The notes under the pieces were generated by a model, which saw nothing but the letters and a program-made list of their open reading frames with translations, was not told where the DNA came from and searched no databases. From NCBI GenBank assembly GCA_050253335.1, contig JBFWJG010000056.1:1-12640 (forward strand): a stretch of DNA of 12,640 nt, read 5' to 3'. Shown here in pieces: positions 1 to 7,170 of the stretch. The stretch comes from Deferribacterales bacterium (lineage in GTDB: Bacteria; Chrysiogenota; Deferribacteres; Deferribacterales; Geovibrionaceae). Both the position numbers and the translations under genes were made by a program. Positions within the stretch are counted from its first letter, which is position 1, and each line of letters begins with the position of its first letter.

Positions 1-2
1 TA

Positions 3-1145
3 AATAAAATAATTCTTCTCAGCCATTACGGATATGACAATGTTCGTGATTTGGCAAGAGAGGTCAGAGGCATTGACGTTATTGTTGACGGCGACTCCCA
101 TACTCTTCTCGGCGATTTTGATGACTTAGGACTCACTGCGTCCGGTTCATATCCGACCATGGAGGCATCTTTGACCGGAGAGCCTGTCTGCATTGTTCAG
201 GCATGGCAGTACAGTTATGTTGTGGGCGACTTAGACGTTGCAATGGACAAGGATGGGCGGGTTACCAGCTGCCTCGGAAATCCGGTGCTCCTCGTTGGCG
301 ATATTTTGAGTGTATCAAACCCTACATCATTGTTCGCAGCGTCTGCTGCCGATAATCAGACAATCATCGACGCAATCAACGCCAATCCTAATGTCGAAAT
401 TGTTGATGAAGATACATCTGTGACGGCAGTTATAAGCGAGTATTCCGATGAAGTTCAGGAAATGAAAACTATGGTTATAGGCAGAGCAGGCGAGGATCTG
501 CTTCATAACAGGATTCCCGGTGTAGCTTATAACGGCGTAAATCTCCCCCTCGGTTCAGATATAGCTCCGATAGTTGCCAAAGGATTTCTCGAACTGGCTC
601 TCAGAGCTGACGTATGTATTCAAAATGCGGGCGGAGTGAGGATAAGCATAGAAGGAGATACGGATATATCCTATGATACCGCATATACTCTTCTGCCTTT
701 TGCGAACACCCTTTTTGAAATAGAAATGTACGGTTCGGAAATCAAATCAGTGCTTGAAGACGCGGTTGATTTTGCCGTAGCCGGAGCCTCTTCAGGAGCA
801 TTCCCCTACTCTTACGGACTGAGATATGATGTTAACGCAGGAAATGAATTCGGTAACAGAATACTCAACCTTGAAGTAAGAGACAGGACAACCGGCACAT
901 GGTCACTGATAGATGAAAATGAAATGTATGTTGTGGTTACAAACTCATTTACAGCAAGCGGTCAGGACGGCTACACGACATTTAAGACAGTTCAGGATCA
1001 AAGAGGACTGGGTGTGGATACTTTCCTTGACTATGCAATGTCGTTTGTCAATTATGTGGAAATGGAAACTGCGGCAGGGAATGATATTATGAAGCTTCCC
1101 GCTTCGGAACACCCTATAAAAAGCTATACGCCGGCAGTTGATTAA
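3..1145 (+). CDS. 5'-nucleotidase / NAD nucleotidase (NadN/UshA family), 5'-truncated by the window edge
   Basis: The frame is open from base 3 (NKIILLSHYGYD...), so the start at 51 is not the true start. Shows late metallophosphoesterase motifs (SHYG, DVIVDGDSHTLLG) and 5'-nucleotidase C-domain motifs (QNAGGVR, LLPFANTL, GAFPY, GQDGY). GDSHTLLG and GAFPY resemble the NadN subgroup. Confidence 0.9.
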   Translation, partial: NKIILLSHYGYDNVRDLAREVRGIDVIVDGDSHTLLGDFDDLGLTASGSYPTMEASLTGEPVCIVQAWQYSYVVGDLDVAMDKDGRVTSCLGNPVLLVGDILSVSNPTSLFAASAADNQTIIDAINANPNVEIVDEDTSVTAVISEYSDEVQEMKTMVIGRAGEDLLHNRIPGVAYNGVNLPLGSDIAPIVAKGFLELALRADVCIQNAGGVRISIEGDTDISYDTAYTLLPFANTLFEIEMYGSEIKSVLEDAVDFAVAGASSGAFPYSYGLRYDVNAGNEFGNRILNLEVRDRTTGTWSLIDENEMYVVVTNSFTASGQDGYTTFKTVQDQRGLGVDTFLDYAMSFVNYVEMETAAGNDIMKLPASEHPIKSYTPAVD

Positions 1146-1167
1146 TAATTTAAATCTGATATAAATT

Positions 1168-1203
1168 AAAAGCCCGTGAGATTCGTTTCTCACGGGCTTT
1201 TTT
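1168..1203 (+). terminator. Intrinsic terminator after the nucleotidase gene, possibly bidirectional
   Basis: Perfect 14-bp inverted repeat AAAAGCCCGTGAGA (1168-1181) / TCTCACGGGCTTTT (1188-1201) with a 6-nt loop and T-run. Confidence 0.9.
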
Positions 1204-1204
1204 A

Positions 1205-1234
1205 TTGCCAAATCATGTGAAGATATATAATAAT
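1205..1234 (+). promoter_or_regulatory. Putative sigma70 promoter of the first ABC-F gene
   Basis: TTGCCA at 1205-1210, with TATAAT at 1226-1231 (15-bp spacer) or AATAAT at 1229-1234 (18-bp spacer). Spacing is not optimal. Confidence 0.45.
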
Positions 1235-1242
1235 TCTCTCCT

Positions 1243-3081
1243 ATGAATCTTTTATCCATTGAGAAACTTAAAAAGAACTACGGCGACAGGACAATATTCG
1301 AGAATGTAACCTTCGGGCTGAACGAGGGCGATAAAGCCGCCATAATAGGCATAAACGGCAGCGGCAAATCAACTCTGCTTAAAATTATCGCAGGGCTTGA
1401 AGAGGCTGACGGCGGAAATATTGCCATAAATAAATCGTGTGTCATAAATTATTTATCGCAGTTACCTGATGTATTGCCTCATGTCAGTGTGATCGACTAT
1501 ATCTTCAAGTCCGACACGCCGACAATGCGCCTTATAAAGCGCTATGAGCAGCTCTGCCACACAGACAGCCCTGAACTGCACAAGCTCATGGCAGAACTGG
1601 ACGCGAAAAACGCATGGGGCTATGAGTACAGCGTAAAATCTGTTCTGGGCGAGCTTGGCATCCATGACTACAACATGAAAATGGGCGAGCTCTCCGGCGG
1701 CATGGCGAAAAAGGTCTCACTCGCTCAGGCGCTCATTGACGAAGGCAGTCTGCTCATACTGGACGAGCCGACCAACCATCTTGACATAGACACTGTGGAG
1801 TGGCTCCAGAACCATCTGGAAACCACAAAAAAGGCTGTTCTGCTTGTAACCCACGACAGATACTTCCTTGATAATGTCTGTAACGTTATTTTTGAGATAG
1901 ACGAAGGCAGATTCACCCGATATGACGGCAACTACTCATTTTATCTGGAAAAGAAAGCAGAAGCCGAAGCCCACGAACAGCGCAGGCAGGACAGGCTGGC
2001 CAACATTCTCCGCAATGAGCTTGTATGGCTGCGCAGAAGTCCCAAAGCACGCACCACCAAGCAGAAGGCAAGGATAGACCGTGCGGCGGTTATTCAGGAC
2101 AGCATTGTCCGCAAAACGGAAAAGGAGCTTGAACTCAAGACCCTCGGACGCAGGCTCGGCGGCAAAATACTTGACCTTAAAGATGTTTCCAAAGCATACG
2201 GGGATAAGGTTCTGTTCCGTGATTTCAGCTACTCCTTCAAAAAAGGGGAAAAACTGGGGATCGCAGGGGCAAACGGAAGCGGGAAATCAACCTTCCTGCG
2301 CATTCTCACCGGAGAGGAAGCACCGGACAGCGGAACTGTGGACATTGGAGTAAACACATTTTTCGGAGTGTTTGATCAGCACAGCAAAGAGCTTGACCCT
2401 GAGATGAAAGTTATTCAATATATTGAGGAAACAGCGAAAAATATCAAGCTGGACAACGGACTTACCCTGTCCGCCACACTGATGCTTGAGCGCTTCCTTT
2501 TCCCGAAGGACAGCCACTACCGCCCGATCAGCAAGCTTTCCGGCGGTGAAAAACGCAGACTGCATCTTGTAAACGAGCTTATCAAGAATCCTAACTTCAT
2601 CATTCTGGATGAACCGACGAACGACCTTGATATACAGACCCTGAGCGTGCTTGAGGATTTCCTTGAGGATTTCGGCGGCTGTGCCGTTGTGGTTTCCCAT
2701 GACAGATACTTCATGGACAGAGTCTGCGACACCATGTTTATCTTCAAGGGTGACGGCGTGTTTGAGCACTTCCCCGGCAGTTATTCCAACTGGCTGGAAT
2801 CCCGAACCAAGGTAAAAGATAAACCCGCGGAAAAGAAGGAAGCCCCAAAACCTGTGCAGGAGAAGAAGCGTAAGCTCTCATACGCAGAAAAAAAAGAATA
2901 TGAAGGCATAGAGGCCGAAATAAGCCGTCTTGAGGGCGAACTGGCGGACATGACGGCGGAGCTTGAAAAAGGCGGAAGCGATTACTCCCGCCTTGCGGAA
3001 CTTCAGCAGAAGATAGATGAAACGGAAACAGAGCTCCTCGAAAAAATGGAACGCTGGGAGTATTTAAGCGGGTTGGAATAA
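1243..3081 (+). CDS. ABC-F family ribosome-associated ATPase, Uup/YfmR-like
   Basis: Two ABC domains (GINGSGKS/LSGG/LDEPTNHLD/THDRYFLD and GANGSGKS/LSGGE/LDEPTNDLD/SHDRYFMD) and no TM helices. Linker ELVWLRRSPKARTTKQKAR and a C-terminal coiled coil ending ERWEYL are typical of Uup-like proteins. Confidence 0.93.
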   Translation: MNLLSIEKLKKNYGDRTIFENVTFGLNEGDKAAIIGINGSGKSTLLKIIAGLEEADGGNIAINKSCVINYLSQLPDVLPHVSVIDYIFKSDTPTMRLIKRYEQLCHTDSPELHKLMAELDAKNAWGYEYSVKSVLGELGIHDYNMKMGELSGGMAKKVSLAQALIDEGSLLILDEPTNHLDIDTVEWLQNHLETTKKAVLLVTHDRYFLDNVCNVIFEIDEGRFTRYDGNYSFYLEKKAEAEAHEQRRQDRLANILRNELVWLRRSPKARTTKQKARIDRAAVIQDSIVRKTEKELELKTLGRRLGGKILDLKDVSKAYGDKVLFRDFSYSFKKGEKLGIAGANGSGKSTFLRILTGEEAPDSGTVDIGVNTFFGVFDQHSKELDPEMKVIQYIEETAKNIKLDNGLTLSATLMLERFLFPKDSHYRPISKLSGGEKRRLHLVNELIKNPNFIILDEPTNDLDIQTLSVLEDFLEDFGGCAVVVSHDRYFMDRVCDTMFIFKGDGVFEHFPGSYSNWLESRTKVKDKPAEKKEAPKPVQEKKRKLSYAEKKEYEGIEAEISRLEGELADMTAELEKGGSDYSRLAELQQKIDETETELLEKMERWEYLSGLE

Positions 3082-3093
3082 CCCGCCTTATTT
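3065..3093. terminator. Hairpin between the convergent ABC-F genes, overlapping the first gene's stop codon
   Basis: GCGGGTT (3068-3074) / AACCCGC (3080-3086) with a 5-nt loop, followed by CTTATTT on +. Confidence 0.5.
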
Positions 3094-4954
3094 AATCATC
3101 GCCGTCATCATCCCCAAGTTCCTTGAGTTTGCTTTCGTATTTTGCCGATTCAAACTCAAAGTCCTCTGTGGCTGTCTCAAGCTGAGTGAAAAGCTTCTCT
3201 ATTTCCGCTTCCCATTCCGTAAGCTCCTTTGAGAGCGAGCTTATTTTAGCGGTGTCCCCGTTTTCGGAAGCCGCCACGAGAAGGCTGTTTATATCCGCCA
3301 CTCTTTTTTCGGCGGTTTCTATGGCAGTTTCAGTGTCACGGACTTTCTTTTCAAGGGGAGCAACCACCCTGCTTTTCTCGCTAAGGAGATCGGAGCGGCG
3401 TTTTCTCAGCTCCTTTTTTGTCAGCCTGCCCTGAGAAGTTGTCTTTTTTTTGGGCTTTTCAAACTGCTCATCCTCGTCCCAGCCCTCTTTTTCAAGGAAT
3501 TCGGCGTATGTGCCTTCAAAAACGCTTATGCTGTTGTTTTTGAATACAATAAGCCTGTCCGCCAGAGCGTGGAGAAACATCTCGTTGTGGGTGATGAGTA
3601 GCAGAGTTCCCGGGAATTCGTCCAGAGCCTCAAGGAGCGAATCGCAGGACTGCATGTCAAGGTGGTTCGTAGGTTCATCCAGCATAAGGAAGTTCAGCGG
3701 CTGTGCAAGGAGCTTGCCGAGCATCACCCTGCTTTTCTCCCCGCCGGAGAGAACGCCTATCTTTTTAAGCGCCGAATCCCCTTCAAACATCATTATTCCG
3801 GCGATATTTCTGGCTCTCTGCCTGTCCACATCCGGCGCGGTCTGGAGGAGTTCCTCCTCTATTGTGCGCCTGTCGTCCAGAGTTTTTATATTTGTCTGCT
3901 CATAAAAACCTTTTTCTATGCCTGGCCCGTAGTAAACCTCACCAGCGTCAGGCTTCATCTCACCCGCCAGAAGCTTGAGGAGGGTTGTTTTCCCCTTGCC
4001 GTTTTTACCGATAATGCAGACACGTTCGCCAGTAGTGATATTTATGCTGAAATCATTGATCAGCGGTTCGTTTTTATCATAGCCGAAGGTTATTCCCTTC
4101 GCGTTCAGGCCTGTTTTGCCTTCATAGGGCTTATAGCGGAATCCGAAGTCCAGATCTTTTATATCCTCAAGCTTCGCCCTTGAACCCATCTTCTCAAGCA
4201 TCTTCACCCTTGACTGAGCGCGGCTCGCCAGAGATGCCTTAGATTTGAAGCGTGTGATGAACGCCTCAACCTCTTTGCGTTTCTGCTCTTCGTTGAGGCG
4301 GGTTTTCTCGTAGATCTCCTCTTCCATGGCTATCTGCTCATAGAGCTTGCCCGTGTCGCCCTCTATTTTGCGGATTTTTTTGCGGTGGATAGCAACTGTG
4401 TGCGTGACAACGGCGTCCATGAAGCTTCTGTCGTGGGTGATCAGCATCAGCTCCCCTTTCCAGCTCCGCAGGAAGCTTTCAAGCCAGCGGACGGAAGTGA
4501 TGTCCAGATAGTTCGTAGGTTCATCCAGAAGGAGCATGTTCGGTTCGGAAACCAGAACCTTAGCCAGATTCAGGCGTATCTGATAACCGCCTGAAAACTC
4601 GGACGGACTGCGGTACATGTCTTCCTCCGTGAACCCCAGTCCGAAAAGAATTTTCTCCACTTTCCAGTTCTGCCCCTCGTCCTCTTCACGAAGCCCTTTG
4701 CAACCTTCCTCAATAACAGTGTTTTCCGTGAAGTTAAGATGCTGCTGCAAGTGCCCGATTGTGTAGCGTTTGGGAAAGCTCACCTGACCGGAATCAGGCG
4801 TTTCCTCTCCGATCAGCATACGGAAAACAGTTGTTTTTCCGTGCCCGTTTCTGCCGACCAGCCCTGCTCTCTCGCCTTTATTTAAACGGAATGAGGCATC
4901 CTCAAGGAGAACCTGTCCGCCGTAGCTTTTACTTATGTTTTCAACGTTTACCAT
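3092..4954 (-). CDS. ABC-F family ribosome-associated ATPase, YheS/YdiF/YbiT-like
   Basis: Two ABC domains (GRNGHGKT/FSGG/LDEPTNYLD and GKNGKGKT/LSGGE/LDEPTNHLD), linker AFITRFKSKASLASRAQSRVKML, C-terminal coiled coil. GGAG lies 8 nt upstream of the ATG. Confidence 0.93.
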   Translation of the reverse strand: MVNVENISKSYGGQVLLEDASFRLNKGERAGLVGRNGHGKTTVFRMLIGEETPDSGQVSFPKRYTIGHLQQHLNFTENTVIEEGCKGLREEDEGQNWKVEKILFGLGFTEEDMYRSPSEFSGGYQIRLNLAKVLVSEPNMLLLDEPTNYLDITSVRWLESFLRSWKGELMLITHDRSFMDAVVTHTVAIHRKKIRKIEGDTGKLYEQIAMEEEIYEKTRLNEEQKRKEVEAFITRFKSKASLASRAQSRVKMLEKMGSRAKLEDIKDLDFGFRYKPYEGKTGLNAKGITFGYDKNEPLINDFSINITTGERVCIIGKNGKGKTTLLKLLAGEMKPDAGEVYYGPGIEKGFYEQTNIKTLDDRRTIEEELLQTAPDVDRQRARNIAGIMMFEGDSALKKIGVLSGGEKSRVMLGKLLAQPLNFLMLDEPTNHLDMQSCDSLLEALDEFPGTLLLITHNEMFLHALADRLIVFKNNSISVFEGTYAEFLEKEGWDEDEQFEKPKKKTTSQGRLTKKELRKRRSDLLSEKSRVVAPLEKKVRDTETAIETAEKRVADINSLLVAASENGDTAKISSLSKELTEWEAEIEKLFTQLETATEDFEFESAKYESKLKELGDDDGDD

Positions 4955-5074
4955 CGTATGTACTCCACAAAATTTACACCGCTCCTGTCTGAGGGCGGGT
5001 ATAATCTACTGGAAATCTTTGCAAAAGTGAAGGATAATGCGCCGATTCAAACTTTATTAACAGGAGTATCAGGC

Positions 5075-5740
5075 ATGATTCCGGTCATTTCATTTGTAGG
5101 AAGCAGCAACAGCGGCAAAACAACGCTTGTTGAGCAGGTAATCAAAATACTTTCGGAAAAGGGAATCCGCATATCCCTTATCAAGCACGATGCCCACGGG
5201 TTCGAGATTGACCACGAAGGCAAAGACACATGGCGGCACAAAAAAGCCGGAGCGGTGCGTGTGCTCATATCATCCCCCGCTAAATACGCAATGATTGCTG
5301 ACGGAGAGGCCGATTTGGGCGATATGCTATATATGGCGGGTGACGGAGATATTGACCTTATCGTTATCGAAGGCTACAAATCGTCCTCACTGCCCAAGAT
5401 TGAGGTTTTCAGGGAAGCAAACGGCAAAAAGCCCGTGTGTACAGGTCATGAGAGCCTGCTTGCAGTGGCGACAGACACGCCGGACAGCGAACAGCTTAAA
5501 AGTGCGCCCATGCTCCTTGACATAAACGACCCCGAGGCGGTAGTCCGCTTCATTGAAGAGCGCATACTCTGTGAGGAGAAGCCTTTTCCCTTCGTCAGCC
5601 TTGTGGCGGACGGCAAGAAGATCGACCTCAACCGTTTTGCCTCCTTCTCGCTGGCGAACACACTGAAAGGCTATCTGAAATCGCTGAAAGGCGCGGAAGA
5701 TGCTGTGGAATTTGAAATAAAAGTCAGTATGAAAAAATAG
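5075..5740 (+). CDS. mobB: Molybdopterin-guanine dinucleotide biosynthesis protein B with C-terminal extension
   Basis: MIPVISFVGSSNSGKTT P-loop, IKHDAHGFEIDHEGKDTWRHKKAGA, IEGYK. Start moved to ATG 5075 because AGGAG sits at 5062-5066 and family similarity begins there. Confidence 0.92.
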   Translation: MIPVISFVGSSNSGKTTLVEQVIKILSEKGIRISLIKHDAHGFEIDHEGKDTWRHKKAGAVRVLISSPAKYAMIADGEADLGDMLYMAGDGDIDLIVIEGYKSSSLPKIEVFREANGKKPVCTGHESLLAVATDTPDSEQLKSAPMLLDINDPEAVVRFIEERILCEEKPFPFVSLVADGKKIDLNRFASFSLANTLKGYLKSLKGAEDAVEFEIKVSMKK

Positions 5741-5752
5741 AATACGAAAGGC

Positions 5753-5830
5753 CACGGGGCGGGATGTCCGCTAAAATCCCTGAGCGAAAAACGCATGGGA
5801 ATCAGGGCGCCCGCTCCGGTGTGTTTATTT
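5753..5830 (+). other. GC-rich branched stem-loop after mobB followed by a T-rich tail (terminator-like or REP-like)
   Basis: Outer stem CGGGGCGGG (5755-5763) / CCCGCTCCG (5810-5818), inner stem CCCTGA (5778-5783) / TCAGGG (5802-5807), small GCG-A5-CGC hairpin, then TGTGTTTATTT. Confidence 0.55.
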
Positions 5831-5858
5831 AAGAATGCGTCGTAATTTCCCGCCGTGC

Positions 5859-5886
5859 TTGACACCTGCTGTCTTTGATATAAAAT
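5859..5886 (+). promoter_or_regulatory. Putative sigma70 promoter of the nitroreductase gene
   Basis: TTGACA (5859-5864), 16-bp spacer, TAAAAT (5881-5886). GGGG SD-like sequence precedes ATG 5910. Confidence 0.65.
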
Positions 5887-5909
5887 TGATTTTCAGACGG
5901 GGGTAGAAA

Positions 5910-6488
5910 ATGGAAAGAATCAAGGAACTTATGAAGATAAACCGTTCTTACCGCAGGTTTGACAATTCCAAAGAGCTTGATATGGGCTTTCTGGAAGATC
6001 TCATATACTCGGCGCGCATGTCCCAAAGCGCCGCCAATCTCCAGCCTCTCCGATATATTACTGTCACTGACAGGGAAAAAGTCGCAGAAGTTTATTCGAC
6101 ACTCGGCTGGGCAGGTTATCTTAAAGACTGGGACGGACCGGAACCCGAGGAACGCCCCGTCGCTTACATAGTTGTTCTCAGCACGAAGGATTCTTCATAT
6201 GCTCAGGTGGATGCAGGGCTTGCCATGCAGAATATGTGCCTCACGGCTATTGCCGCAGGTGTGGGTTCATGCATACTCGGCAACATCAAAAAAGAGCGTC
6301 TGGCGCAGATTCTGGAGCTTGAGGACGATCTGACGATACTGTATGTGGTAGCTCTCGGCTATCCGGTTGAGAATGTTCAGGTTATCAGCATCAGAGAAGC
6401 GCCCGACCACAAATATTTCAGAGACGCTGAAGGGAATCATTATGTCCCTAAGAGATGCATAGACGACCTGCTGATTAAGGAACTGTAG
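5910..6488 (+). CDS. Nitroreductase family flavoprotein
   Basis: NRSYRRF FMN-binding start, ARMSQSAANLQPLRY, DAGLAMQNMCLTA...GVGSCILG, VVALGYP, C-terminal HYVPKR. Confidence 0.92.
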   Translation: MERIKELMKINRSYRRFDNSKELDMGFLEDLIYSARMSQSAANLQPLRYITVTDREKVAEVYSTLGWAGYLKDWDGPEPEERPVAYIVVLSTKDSSYAQVDAGLAMQNMCLTAIAAGVGSCILGNIKKERLAQILELEDDLTILYVVALGYPVENVQVISIREAPDHKYFRDAEGNHYVPKRCIDDLLIKEL

Positions 6489-6503
6489 CCTGCAAATCAT
6501 CCC

Positions 6504-6541
6504 GCGCCCTCCTTCCCTGAAAAGGAGGGTGTTTTGTCTTT
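6504..6541 (+). terminator. Intrinsic terminator after the nitroreductase gene
   Basis: GCGCCCTCCTT (6504-6514) / AAGGAGGGTGT (6522-6532) with two G-U pairs on +, then TTTGTCTTT. Confidence 0.8.
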
Positions 6542-6566
6542 ATCTCAAAGAAATTTCTCTGACGCT

Positions 6567-7019
6567 TTACAGTTCCTTGTCCATATATACATGAGTGTCT
6601 TTCTTCCAGCCGTTGCGCTCATAAAACTTTCTTCCTGCATGGTTTTTTTCCAGAACAAGCAGATGTATGCGGATATGCCCGCTTTTCCGGCAGCACTCCT
6701 CAACGGCGGCAAGGAGCTTCGCCCCCACCCCTGAGCTTCGCAGGCTTCCGCTGACTACCATATTTTCGACATAAGCCACCTTGGCGCCTTCATCCACGGA
6801 AACAAGCGACTGAGCCTGACACATGCCGACTATTTTTCCGCCCTGCTCCGCAATGAAAATACAGTAACGCTCAGGGTCGCTCATCAGCATTTCAAACCCT
6901 TTTCTCATTGCCGCTTCGTCCACTGTTTCGTTTTCGAGGGCGAGAAGCTCGCTCAAAACCTCTATCATGCCGCTTATATCGCTCTTTTCCGCAGGGCGGA
7001 GGGTAATGGTGTCCGTCAT
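6567..7019 (-). CDS. GNAT family N-acetyltransferase
   Basis: ITLRPA start, FIAEQGGKIVG, acetyl-CoA motif A variant VVSGSLRSSGVGAKLL, motif B NHAGRKFYERNGW. GGAG SD upstream. Confidence 0.9.
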   Translation of the reverse strand: MTDTITLRPAEKSDISGMIEVLSELLALENETVDEAAMRKGFEMLMSDPERYCIFIAEQGGKIVGMCQAQSLVSVDEGAKVAYVENMVVSGSLRSSGVGAKLLAAVEECCRKSGHIRIHLLVLEKNHAGRKFYERNGWKKDTHVYMDKEL

Positions 7020-7170
7020 GTGTGCTCCGTTATAAATAGTGATAAAATCTCTATAATATTTTTGATCCTTAAAAGCAAATACTCTTTATAAAGCGGCTCT
7101 GAAACGTGTTAACAGAGGGATTTATTAAACTTGTCAAAAAACTATTGCGAAATAGATAAGGGCTTATATC

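Noticed and set aside
4958..5074. 39-aa N-terminal extension of MobB in the ORF track
   Set aside because: It would fill the divergent promoter region. The SD and family similarity point to ATG 5075.
6567..7019. GNAT toxin of a toxin-antitoxin pair
   Set aside because: No adjacent RHH-type antitoxin ORF, and the protein looks like a generic small-molecule GNAT.
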